From NCBI GenBank assembly GCA_965659445.1, contig CBFHWX010000003.1:1272-65271 (forward strand): DNA of 64,000 bases. Reading direction: 5' to 3'. The notes beneath the pieces are model-generated. The model saw only the letters and a program-made list of their open reading frames with translations. It did no database searches and was not told where the DNA came from. Below, piece by piece: positions 49,278 to 57,543 of the stretch. The DNA comes from Limisphaerales bacterium. GTDB lineage: Bacteria; Verrucomicrobiota; Verrucomicrobiia; Limisphaerales; UBA1100. Numbering within the stretch: the first letter of the stretch is position 1; the number at the start of each line of letters is the position of its first letter. The translations under genes were made by a program, and so were the position numbers.

Positions 49278-50375
49278 TCACTCTTTTGCCCACGTCTCGA
49301 GTTGATCGCAGGCAGCGGGCAACACATGATCCCAATGAAACTCCCGCGCTCTATCTCGTGCTGCAGTGCGCCAGTTCACGTAATCCTTGGGGTACTTCAG
49401 AGAGGAAGCAATCACATCAGCCAATGCTTTAGGCGATTCCTGCTGTGCCACGAGGCCGGTCTTTTCATGCAGCGTGGATTCCCTTAGGCCGGGTACCGGA
49501 TACACTGCGGCCGGCGTACCCATGGCGTTGGCCTCAATGACGTTCAGCCCCCAGCCTTCGCGCACGGAAGTGTGCAGCAGCCAGTGAGCCTCACGTAAAG
49601 CGGCGTCCTTTTCTGTTTCGTCTAGCGCGCCAGCAAATTCAATATGAGTTTCCATCCCCTGCTCTGCCGCGAGTATTTTCAAAGATTCCATTTCCCGACC
49701 TTCACCCACGATCTTCAGTTCAGCTTTTACCTTGTTTTCCTCTACGAGACAGCGTAGCGCGGCGATGGCGTGATCAACCTTTTTGTTGGGCGCGAGACGA
49801 GACACAGTAATGAGCTGGAGTGGTTCGGCCAAATCTTTTTCCGGTAATTTGGTAAGCGCGCATGTCTCTACACCATACGGAATTTGCGTCACAGATTTCA
49901 CCCCGCTCTCCTGCAATTGGTCACGCGTAAACGTGCTCGCGGTCCAGAATGGCACGTCACGGTATTTGCGGTGCGTCAAGCGTTCCTGCCATTTGCCGAT
50001 GGCGCTGAGCGGCCACGGATAAAAGGCATTCCAAATCGGCCCAAGCACCTCATGGATATAGGCAACGCAGCGGGACTTGCACCACCAAGGCGCATACCAA
50101 GGAATCCCGTGATGTTGGTCAATCACAAGGTCGAAGGGCTTTTGCATAGTGTACCATTTTTGAGCTGCTCGCCAGGAAGTGAATTTGCCGCCTCCACGCA
50201 CAACCTGAATGCCGTTAACGGTTTCTGTGTCCGGACCTCCAGAAAACTTATTTGCAAACCAGGCAACCTCATGACCGCGCTCGACCAAGCCGCGCATGTA
50301 GGCAAGGGACACACGTTCAGCACCGCCGGCAAGGGGATTGCGAGGATCGCGCCAGTTGAGCATAAGAAATCGCAC
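49278..50375 (-). CDS. Glycosyltransferase family 4 (GT-B)
   Basis: MRFLMLNWRDPRNPLAGGAERV...EGWGLNVIEANAMGTPAAV. Confidence 0.85.
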   Translation of the reverse strand: MRFLMLNWRDPRNPLAGGAERVSLAYMRGLVERGHEVAWFANKFSGGPDTETVNGIQVVRGGGKFTSWRAAQKWYTMQKPFDLVIDQHHGIPWYAPWWCKSRCVAYIHEVLGPIWNAFYPWPLSAIGKWQERLTHRKYRDVPFWTASTFTRDQLQESGVKSVTQIPYGVETCALTKLPEKDLAEPLQLITVSRLAPNKKVDHAIAALRCLVEENKVKAELKIVGEGREMESLKILAAEQGMETHIEFAGALDETEKDAALREAHWLLHTSVREGWGLNVIEANAMGTPAAVYPVPGLRESTLHEKTGLVAQQESPKALADVIASSLKYPKDYVNWRTAARDRAREFHWDHVLPAACDQLETWAKE

Positions 50376-50564
50376 GCTCAGGCAGTCTCAACATCCCGTG
50401 GGCAGGTGACAATGAAAAAGCCTGACTGACACGCGCGGAAGTTTGCTTAAAACTGCGCCTGTCGCATCCCCTCGTGTCACCACGGCATATTGGCGTCACT
50501 CAAATAATCAGTGGCGAGTCTTCCTCCAGACTTGTCATTAACGTTGTTGTGCCTTTTTTCACGG

Positions 50565-50593
50565 TTGAGCAGGCGTCGCGAGAGGCGTAGGAT
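50565..50593 (+). promoter_or_regulatory. Conserved upstream element, copy 1 (TTGAGC-N17-TAGGAT)
   Basis: TTGAGCAGGCGTCGCGAGAGGCGTAGGAT. The hexamer ends 7 nt before ATG 50601. Confidence 0.55.
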
Positions 50594-50600
50594 ACGGCAC

Positions 50601-52385
50601 ATGAATCAACTCTTGTTTATTCTAGCAGTGGTGGCACTGGTGGGGTGTAGTGGAGTGTCGAAACCCGATGAGCAAGCCATGGGAAACCTTGCGAAACAAT
50701 CCTTGCAAATGAAGAAGTTCATCAAGGGTAAACGCCTCACCTTCAAGTTTGAAGGGGAGGAAATATGGACTCAGTTCCATACCGACGGCACAACCGATGC
50801 GTGGAACCACAAAAGCAAGGAAAAATACGAAGTTACAGGATTGGCCGTGAAGCGCTTCGACGAGGAGGGTAAGACTGAAAGTATCCTGACTTTCCCCAGT
50901 GCGCCTCTCCAATCAGGCGATCAAGTTATCCTAAAAGAAGGAGGAAAAACTGTTGAATTAGCCTTTATGAACGTTAGCCCCACCGAAGATTACAGTGCCC
51001 AATCGCACTATGCAAACCCCTTGCCAGCAAACATCAAGGGAGCATTCGCTTCACCGGAAATCCAGAGTCGTCTCGCGGACTTTCGGAAAGTTGGTCATCC
51101 AACAACCTTGCAGGAACTGAACAACTGGTATCCGCCGGTACCAGCAGCTCAGAATGCCGCCACCATTCTGTGGCCGCTACTCTCAGCCCATTACAACGAT
51201 CCTGGGAACGATAAGCTAACTTTGAGCGATGCAGAATCAAAATTCCTTAACGAGCTAGACAAACGCTCAGGTTCCTCAAGCGGATACGCATATAAACCCG
51301 TTTCCGAATCCGTACTAAAGCAGGCTGCCGTCCTAGTGCAAAAACATAAGGAAAGCCTCAGTCAGATCAAACAAGCGCTCTCTCGCAAAAAGTGCCGTTA
51401 TCCGATTGACCTTTCAAAGGGGTTTGCAACTTTGCTGCCTCATTTGGCGAGAATGAAGTTATGCTGCCGACTTCTTCATGCACGGAGTTTGGTTGAGTGT
51501 GAAAGGGGAAACGTTGATCAGGCTCTCACGGACATCCTTTCCATTTTGCAGCGGGCCCACACACTGGACAGGGAACCTTATATCATTTCCAGCCTTGTTC
51601 AGTTCGCCATGCAAAAAATCGCTATTGGACCGGCCATGCACCTGTTAAGCCGTCGCTCGCTGACAGAACAGCAACTCCTCACGTTGTCTGCCGGGTTCAA
51701 GGATACCTATAATCCGGAAGGAATTGGCCGTAGTTTTATGCTGGAATTATGCACGGGCATGGATGTTTTCAAAATGCGGCCACGCAGCCTGTCATATTTA
51801 TTTCAACCCCTTGTGGAATCTGAGGATGCAGATGGGCTAGGGGATATGAAGAGGTGTGTGCAAATATTTTCGCGACCAACCAATAAGATAAAGGATGAAA
51901 TTATATTCGCGCTGGACGCTTATGGCAGAGCAATTCAGGCGGCGGACATGCCCTTCCCAAAACAATTGCGTTTCGCCAAGTCACAACTTGGGACGGTGTC
52001 CCAATCATTGGATGAAAAGAAGAACAGGGAATTATACCCCTTGGCGACAATGTTATTGCCTTCATTTGAAAAATTTTTTGAGCGTTGCGCTGGGGCAAAA
52101 GCCAGCCTTGATTGTGTAAATACGGTCCTGGCGATAGAACGCTACCGTTTGGACAACAAGGGTTCTTTGCCGGCCAGCCTCCAGTCATCAAGTCCGCGCT
52201 ATTTGGCTCCTGTAACCATTGATCCATTCGACGGGAAAAGACTCAGGTACAAGAAAATTACCGACACGAAATACATGGTTTACAGCATTGGGAGAAACCA
52301 AAAGGACGATAAAGGCCAACCTGGTTCCAGAAGTGATAAGGGCGATATTGTGCTGATCATAGACCGCCCACTTTCCCGTAAGTAA
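50601..52385 (+). CDS. Hypothetical lipoprotein (594 aa)
   Basis: MNQLLFILAVVALVGCSG lipobox, a helical repeat-like body and a C-terminal DPFDGKRLRYKK...YMVYSIGRNQKDDKG motif. Function unknown. Confidence 0.6.
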   Translation: MNQLLFILAVVALVGCSGVSKPDEQAMGNLAKQSLQMKKFIKGKRLTFKFEGEEIWTQFHTDGTTDAWNHKSKEKYEVTGLAVKRFDEEGKTESILTFPSAPLQSGDQVILKEGGKTVELAFMNVSPTEDYSAQSHYANPLPANIKGAFASPEIQSRLADFRKVGHPTTLQELNNWYPPVPAAQNAATILWPLLSAHYNDPGNDKLTLSDAESKFLNELDKRSGSSSGYAYKPVSESVLKQAAVLVQKHKESLSQIKQALSRKKCRYPIDLSKGFATLLPHLARMKLCCRLLHARSLVECERGNVDQALTDILSILQRAHTLDREPYIISSLVQFAMQKIAIGPAMHLLSRRSLTEQQLLTLSAGFKDTYNPEGIGRSFMLELCTGMDVFKMRPRSLSYLFQPLVESEDADGLGDMKRCVQIFSRPTNKIKDEIIFALDAYGRAIQAADMPFPKQLRFAKSQLGTVSQSLDEKKNRELYPLATMLLPSFEKFFERCAGAKASLDCVNTVLAIERYRLDNKGSLPASLQSSSPRYLAPVTIDPFDGKRLRYKKITDTKYMVYSIGRNQKDDKGQPGSRSDKGDIVLIIDRPLSRK

Positions 52386-52440
52386 CTCTTCCAACCACCA
52401 TTGAAGCCACGCACCTAGAGCCCCTAAGCTTTTCTTCGGA

Positions 52441-52474
52441 AGTCCTTGAGCAGGTGCTGCGACGGGCGTAGGGT
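52441..52474 (+). promoter_or_regulatory. Conserved upstream element, copy 2
   Basis: AGTCCTTGAGCAGGTGCTGCGACGGGCGTAGGGT. The hexamer ends 7 nt before ATG 52482. Confidence 0.55.
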
Positions 52475-52481
52475 AGTGCAC

Positions 52482-55400
52482 ATGAAAGCACTGCTCGTTG
52501 TCCTTTGTGCCGTGGTCTTTACGTTTAATACCGTTGGCCAAAAAAAGCCTATCCGGCTGATGGCGGAGGCGGAGGATTTCAAGGTTTCGAAGGGCTGGGG
52601 AATTGTGCCCTTTCGCGAGAATTACTTCGCCTCAACATTTGCCATTTCTTTCTTGTCGCGGATGGCTTGTTTGGGCTCGCCCGAGCAGTTGCCGGTTGGA
52701 CAAACGGCCATTGCGGAGCAAATCGTGCAGATTCCGTACGCCGATCAGTTTGAATTGCTCGTACGATACGAGCAACCGTATAACTTTTCGGTCGAATTCA
52801 CGATCGAGGTAGAGCAAGGCGGACGCGTGGTCGCAACCTATCCTTGCGGACGTCTGAGCGACACAAAGATCTGGCCCCTAAACGGTCATAAGCGCAAACC
52901 GATGGAACGTTTTTGGTGGGGGGGCACCGACAACATTGTCTGGCAGCATCCCGGCGTGGTGCGATTGAACGCGGGCAAGGCAGTGTTGCGGCTAAAGGCG
53001 TCGCAGCAGTTAGATGGGAAAAAGTTGCGCCTCAATGCGGCCAGGCGGAATATTGACGTTGTAGTGTTAACCAACGATCGCGTGGGAATGGCAACACAAA
53101 AATCCAAGGCCCGCTATCTGGAAATGGACGGTTGGCTGGTGCAGGACGGCGATCTCTTCGTGAAGTTCACCAACCCGGCCAACGCCCCGGGCCCCTGTAT
53201 GCCGATCGTCGAAGGGATGCCAAGCGGCCAGCATTCACCGTATTATATTCACGTGAGAGACTGGCCAAGGACGCGAGTGCTGCGCAGCGGACGGCTGGTT
53301 GATGCGACCGCTTACACTAACGAGGGTCCGCGAAGCCGAGCGGTAAATTCACGAATGATCGCTCCAGTTCTGGACATCGGGAAGTACACTCAGCCAAAGG
53401 ACCCAGCTAAACCAAAGGGAGGATCACAGGTCGTGATTCCCGATAGTGAATACCTACAACCCGGGCAATCTTCAGGTTGGGTGCCGATGGGACAGGTGCT
53501 CGACGCATTACACAATTTGAAGTGGGCTCCGCGCGCCATCTACAAGGAGGCGTCCGACAAGGAAATTAGTCTACGATTGCAGTTTGCGATTCCTGATGGC
53601 CGTGGAGGGTTGAAGCCGATCAAGGATATCACGGTCAAGGGACCCCCACCTCGTAACGGAGGGGCTCCTTATTCTCCGATCGTATTTGAAATCCCAGGCA
53701 ACATTGCTCCGAATGCTGACGTGACAACGGCACTAAAGGAGCGTTTCTGGTTACCGAAGATTCGGACCCAGAAGGAAGCCGTTGACTGGTTGCTGGGCGA
53801 GGTCCGCAAGTTTCCGAATGTTGGCCCAACCCCCAAGCGGTTCCTGCTTTATAACATTCTCGGCTTTGGTGGTCGTAGTTTCGATGACCCCGCCACCAAA
53901 CAACTGGCCCTGGCCTTGGGAGACAATACTTGGGTGGGCGGAACCGGACAGAAACGCGATCTCGTCGCGCACTGGCGAGACCCCAATCCGGTGTCGATCA
54001 AGAAACGAGAAACATCACGTACAGGCGGATTTAAAGATCTGCTGGTGGTCAGTTATGGTGATGAGATTCACTTGCCATCTGATCCGGTGACTGACGAGGA
54101 ATTTGCCGCCTGGCTTAAGCAGCGTGGGGTCAAGTACAGCGGAGCCGTAAAGTTTACTAAAAAAAAGGGACAGCCACTTTATTACTATTCTCAGATTTGC
54201 TCGAAAGAAAAAGGTGGACGACGCTTTGCGACGGGCACGGCTTATTACAAAAGCAAGGGCGTCCGGACTGGGGCGAACTACTCGCCACATTCCAATTATC
54301 TGGTCAACGAACTGGACTATATCCGCACGTTCAAGCTCCGAGCAATGAGCCTGCCATGGAGCGAGGACTACGTTTGGCAGATTCCGGAATTCAGCGTACA
54401 GGCGATGGGCTATCTGACTTCAGGTCTGCGCGCCGGCGCGAAATACGATAATTTGCCGATTCACATGTACGTCATGCCGCATTCCCCGGGAAACACGCCG
54501 CGCGATTTTCGGCTATCCTACTATACGGCCATCGCGCACGGGGCAAAACACATCGATTACTTCTGCGCGTCTCCGTTGGCAACCGGAGCCACTGAAAACT
54601 ATATCGCAACCGATGATCTGGACATGTGGCGACAGGTGCATGCCTGCAGCCATGAGGCGGGAATTTTCGAGGATTACATCGTGGAGGGCAAAGTACGGCA
54701 GGCAAAAGTCGGCCTGCTACTCTCCAGTGTCGATGACATAATGACCGGAGTATCCAACTCCACTCTGGCTATGCACAACAACGAACGAAAAGCGCTATAT
54801 TACGCACTTCGGCACAGCGAGATACCTGTCGATTTCTTAAGTGAAGACGACGTGATTGAAGGCCGAGCAAACAGCTATCTTCTTATATACGTCACGCAAC
54901 AGTGGTTGCACACGAAAGCCGTCGGTGCACTAAGGAAATGGATCGAGTCTGGGGGCACACTGGTGGCGATGGTCGGCGGTGGTTTTAAGGATGAATTCAA
55001 CCGACCTAACCCGAAAGCAGGTGAGTTGTACGGCGTCAAGTCAGGGCAACTCACGACCGATCCGCAACTGGTCTCGAAGTATCTACTGGAAGCGAACCGG
55101 CCGTTTCTAACCAAGCAGGACTTGCCCCTTTACGAGCCGATTGATTACGTATCTTGGACAAGCGATGCGGTCGGTACAGACAGTCCATTCATCGGCCGCG
55201 TTCGCGATGTCCCGGTTATCGTTTGGAAACAGACCCTCTCTCCCTCTGACGGCACGGTCATGGGATGGTACAGGAACGGCCAACCCGCGGTCATTGCAAA
55301 GTCACACGGAAAGGGCCGTGCGTATCTATTTGGCTTTCTGCCCGGACAGGCGTATCTAAAGAGTGGCCTACCAATCGCACCTCCCGACCGAGGCTCAACT

Positions 55401-55748
55401 GATGACTCCAACGCACATTTTCTCCCGACCACGATGGATATCAACTTGCGGTCCAGAATCGTCAACGATTTCCTGCCTACTACAGTCCTACATCCAGTGG
55501 AATGCGACTCGCCGCTTGTGGAAACCACATGCATCGATACCATCAAGCCCAAGAAACGTCTGGCGGTACCCATGATGAATTACTCTGGAAAGAAAATAAA
55601 CATGCTCACGTTGAAGATCAATGGCATCAAGAAGGCGAGTTCGGTCAGGAGCGTGAAACAGGGAAAACTCAAAGCCACCTTTGCTGATAATCACATGACA
55701 GTTACACTCCCTCTATACATTGCCGACATGTTGTTGATTGACCTATAA
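52482..55748 (+). CDS. Large secreted protein (1088 aa), possibly glycoside-hydrolase-like
   Basis: Signal peptide MKALLVVLCAVVFTFNTVGQ. The central and C-terminal segments (GGTLVAMVGGGF, GKGRAYLFGFLPGQ) loosely recall the GH42 trimerisation-domain architecture. The functional call is weak. Confidence 0.55.
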   Translation: MKALLVVLCAVVFTFNTVGQKKPIRLMAEAEDFKVSKGWGIVPFRENYFASTFAISFLSRMACLGSPEQLPVGQTAIAEQIVQIPYADQFELLVRYEQPYNFSVEFTIEVEQGGRVVATYPCGRLSDTKIWPLNGHKRKPMERFWWGGTDNIVWQHPGVVRLNAGKAVLRLKASQQLDGKKLRLNAARRNIDVVVLTNDRVGMATQKSKARYLEMDGWLVQDGDLFVKFTNPANAPGPCMPIVEGMPSGQHSPYYIHVRDWPRTRVLRSGRLVDATAYTNEGPRSRAVNSRMIAPVLDIGKYTQPKDPAKPKGGSQVVIPDSEYLQPGQSSGWVPMGQVLDALHNLKWAPRAIYKEASDKEISLRLQFAIPDGRGGLKPIKDITVKGPPPRNGGAPYSPIVFEIPGNIAPNADVTTALKERFWLPKIRTQKEAVDWLLGEVRKFPNVGPTPKRFLLYNILGFGGRSFDDPATKQLALALGDNTWVGGTGQKRDLVAHWRDPNPVSIKKRETSRTGGFKDLLVVSYGDEIHLPSDPVTDEEFAAWLKQRGVKYSGAVKFTKKKGQPLYYYSQICSKEKGGRRFATGTAYYKSKGVRTGANYSPHSNYLVNELDYIRTFKLRAMSLPWSEDYVWQIPEFSVQAMGYLTSGLRAGAKYDNLPIHMYVMPHSPGNTPRDFRLSYYTAIAHGAKHIDYFCASPLATGATENYIATDDLDMWRQVHACSHEAGIFEDYIVEGKVRQAKVGLLLSSVDDIMTGVSNSTLAMHNNERKALYYALRHSEIPVDFLSEDDVIEGRANSYLLIYVTQQWLHTKAVGALRKWIESGGTLVAMVGGGFKDEFNRPNPKAGELYGVKSGQLTTDPQLVSKYLLEANRPFLTKQDLPLYEPIDYVSWTSDAVGTDSPFIGRVRDVPVIVWKQTLSPSDGTVMGWYRNGQPAVIAKSHGKGRAYLFGFLPGQAYLKSGLPIAPPDRGSTDDSNAHFLPTTMDINLRSRIVNDFLPTTVLHPVECDSPLVETTCIDTIKPKKRLAVPMMNYSGKKINMLTLKINGIKKASSVRSVKQGKLKATFADNHMTVTLPLYIADMLLIDL

Positions 55749-55767
55749 ACCCAATCTCACCCGGAGT

Positions 55768-55803
55768 TCAGTCCTTGAGCAGGCGTGGTTGGAGGCGGAG
55801 TAT
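55768..55803 (+). promoter_or_regulatory. Conserved upstream element, copy 3 (orphan, no intact gene downstream)
   Basis: TCAGTCCTTGAGCAGGCGTGGTTGGAGGCGGAGTAT. It is followed only by a 25-codon GTG frame and the tRNA fragment. Confidence 0.45.
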
Positions 55804-55873
55804 CCTGTTAACAAGTGACCACGAAAAAAGTCCAATTGACCAACACGGAAGTTTACCTGAAACTGACCCCCAC

Positions 55874-55913
55874 GCGCGAGTGGCGGAATTGGTAGACGCG
55901 CTGGATTCAGGTT
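55874..55913 (+). pseudogene. 5' half of a tRNA-Leu gene (truncated in the anticodon arm)
   Basis: 39 of 40 nt are identical to 59897-59936 of the intact tRNA-Leu. The only difference is at the first anticodon base (CAG versus TAG). No 3' anticodon-stem strand, T arm or acceptor 3' strand follows. Confidence 0.7.
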
Positions 55914-56143
55914 TTCATTTTCACATTTAATCAGGTTCGATGATGTCTGCTTTTTCGGGAGATACTCATAATACGTCGACAGGTGTGCGTATATAAAAGT
56001 GGCACAAAAAGTGGCCCAAGGGGCCGGGGGGGGCGTGTCTGCCATTTGATCCGACCAGAACCATGACGCATTAGAGCAGATTGATTGTTTTTGTAATAGG
56101 CGGGTTAACGGCTTGGATCGTAATTGCCGCTTCCCCCGCAGTC

Positions 56144-56171
56144 TTGCCCCCGTCCGATATGACGGTATAGT
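56144..56171 (+). promoter_or_regulatory. Putative sigma70-like promoter positioned for a leaderless transcript
   Basis: TTGCCC, 16 nt, TATAGT. The hexamer ends 7 nt before ATG 56179. Confidence 0.35.
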
Positions 56172-56178
56172 GGCGGCA

Positions 56179-57471
56179 ATGAAACACACCTTGGTAGCTT
56201 TGTTGGCGTTGTGTCTGTGTCTGCCTTTGGCGGGGGCGGATGAGTTTGCTCAGCTTCATTCATTACTCAAGCCCCAGCCCGGCGAATCTCGCTGGATGGA
56301 AATCGACTGGCATCCGCGCGTGTGGGAGGCGCGGAGCAAGGCGGCGGCAGAGGGCAAACCGCTCTTTTTCATGGCTGGCAGCGGCGGTGCACCCGCTGCT
56401 GGCTGTTGAACAGCCGGCCGTGGTGTGAGCCGTGGGCTCACCTTCTGGAACGATGAGACCATTCGCCTTATTCGAGAAAACTTTATCGCTGTATCCATAC
56501 CCACGTGGGTCGCCAGAGCACAGGGACCGGAGGGTGACTTCCTACGCCAAGCGGGCATCAACAAGCGCTGGGTAACTTCCAGCGGTTACATGCACTGCGT
56601 GTCCGCTAGCGGCAAGTTCCTAGGTGGTCGTCCATGCGACGCAGTGCTGGAGAAATTTAACGAACTACCTGCGTCCGAGCGCAAACCAGGCGCATTGACT
56701 TTCGAGCAGTTAAATAATACCGAGCAACTCATTCCCGCGCCGCCGGAAGGCGGACTGGTGTTGCGCGTACACGCCCGTTTCCTCGCGCGCGCTGGTGATG
56801 GCCAACTGCGCCACGCACAAACCACCGACTTCCCACTCATGCTTACCAAGGCCACCGTGTTGCACTCTTGGAATCTCTTTCTGCAACCCAACACTGAGTA
56901 CATGTGGCTGACCCGCAATGAATGGCGTGCGATGGTGCCGACCAATCCTGCAGAAGGCCAAAAGCTAAAAGTTAACCCTGCCATCGCTATGCGCATGGCA
57001 CGCTTTCATTTAACCCCTCGGCGCGCCACCACCAGCGAGGGCGGCATTATTCATCCCAAGCGCGTCAAGGAAGCCCAACTCAAACTGAAGGTCGAGTCTG
57101 TCACACCGCATAAAATCCAAATGAAACTTGAGGGTCGCGTACACTGGGGCAGCGACTTCGAGCCCGATAAGGCGATCACCCCCAACGGTCCGCTCGCTCA
57201 AGGCTACGCGACACCCATCGATGGCCGCTTGGAGTACGACAGGACAAAGCGTGCCTTCACCCGTTTCGATATCGTGGCCCTAGGTGAAACGTGGGGCCGC
57301 TGGGGCGATGCCAACGGCAAAAGCATGTACGTCGAGCGTCCGGGGCGTAGCCCTTTCGGCTTTGCCTTTGAACTGGCCACCGGCGGCATTCCCACCGACC
57401 GTATTCCTCCCGGCGGCAACGGCCGCTACGTCACAGGCCGTACGGGCTATTTTGGGCTTGTTCCTAAGTAA
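56179..57471 (+). CDS. Secreted thioredoxin-fold-like protein interrupted by one in-frame TGA (candidate selenoprotein, or a nonsense pseudogene)
   Basis: ORFs 56113-56409 and 56425-57471 share a frame and are separated only by TGA 56407-56409. There is a single signal peptide (MKHTLVALLALCLCLPLAGA) at the N-terminus. The context is AAGC-TGA-TAGRG. Confidence 0.45.
56401..56448 (+). other. Stem-loops around the in-frame TGA (possible bacterial SECIS)
   Basis: GGCTGT-TGA-ACAGCC (56401-56415). GTGAGCC-GTG-GGCTCAC (56425-56441), with possible lower stem CCGG/CTGG (56414-17/56445-48). Confidence 0.4.
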
Positions 57472-57500
57472 CCGCCACACCCCCTCGAATCCTAGCCGCA

Positions 57501-57536
57501 TCAGTCCTTGAGCAGGCGTGGCGGGAGGCGTAGGGT
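57501..57536 (+). promoter_or_regulatory. Conserved upstream element, copy 4
   Basis: TCAGTCCTTGAGCAGGCGTGGCGGGAGGCGTAGGGT. The hexamer ends 7 nt before GTG 57544. Confidence 0.55.
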
Positions 57537-57543
57537 GTGGGGC

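Noticed and set aside
55874-56178. Possibility that the tRNA-Leu fragment is an intron-containing tRNA-Leu(CAG), with a group I intron in the anticodon loop
   Set aside because: The following 300 nt contain no matching 3' anticodon-stem strand (TCCAG), no T arm and no CTCGCG acceptor strand. The GGTTCGA at about 55934 lacks a complementary stem.
55743-56189. 148-aa minus-strand ORF covering element copy 3 and the tRNA fragment
   Set aside because: It runs through a promoter-like element, a tRNA-derived sequence and AT-rich scar DNA. There is no signal or domain, so it is most likely a chance frame.
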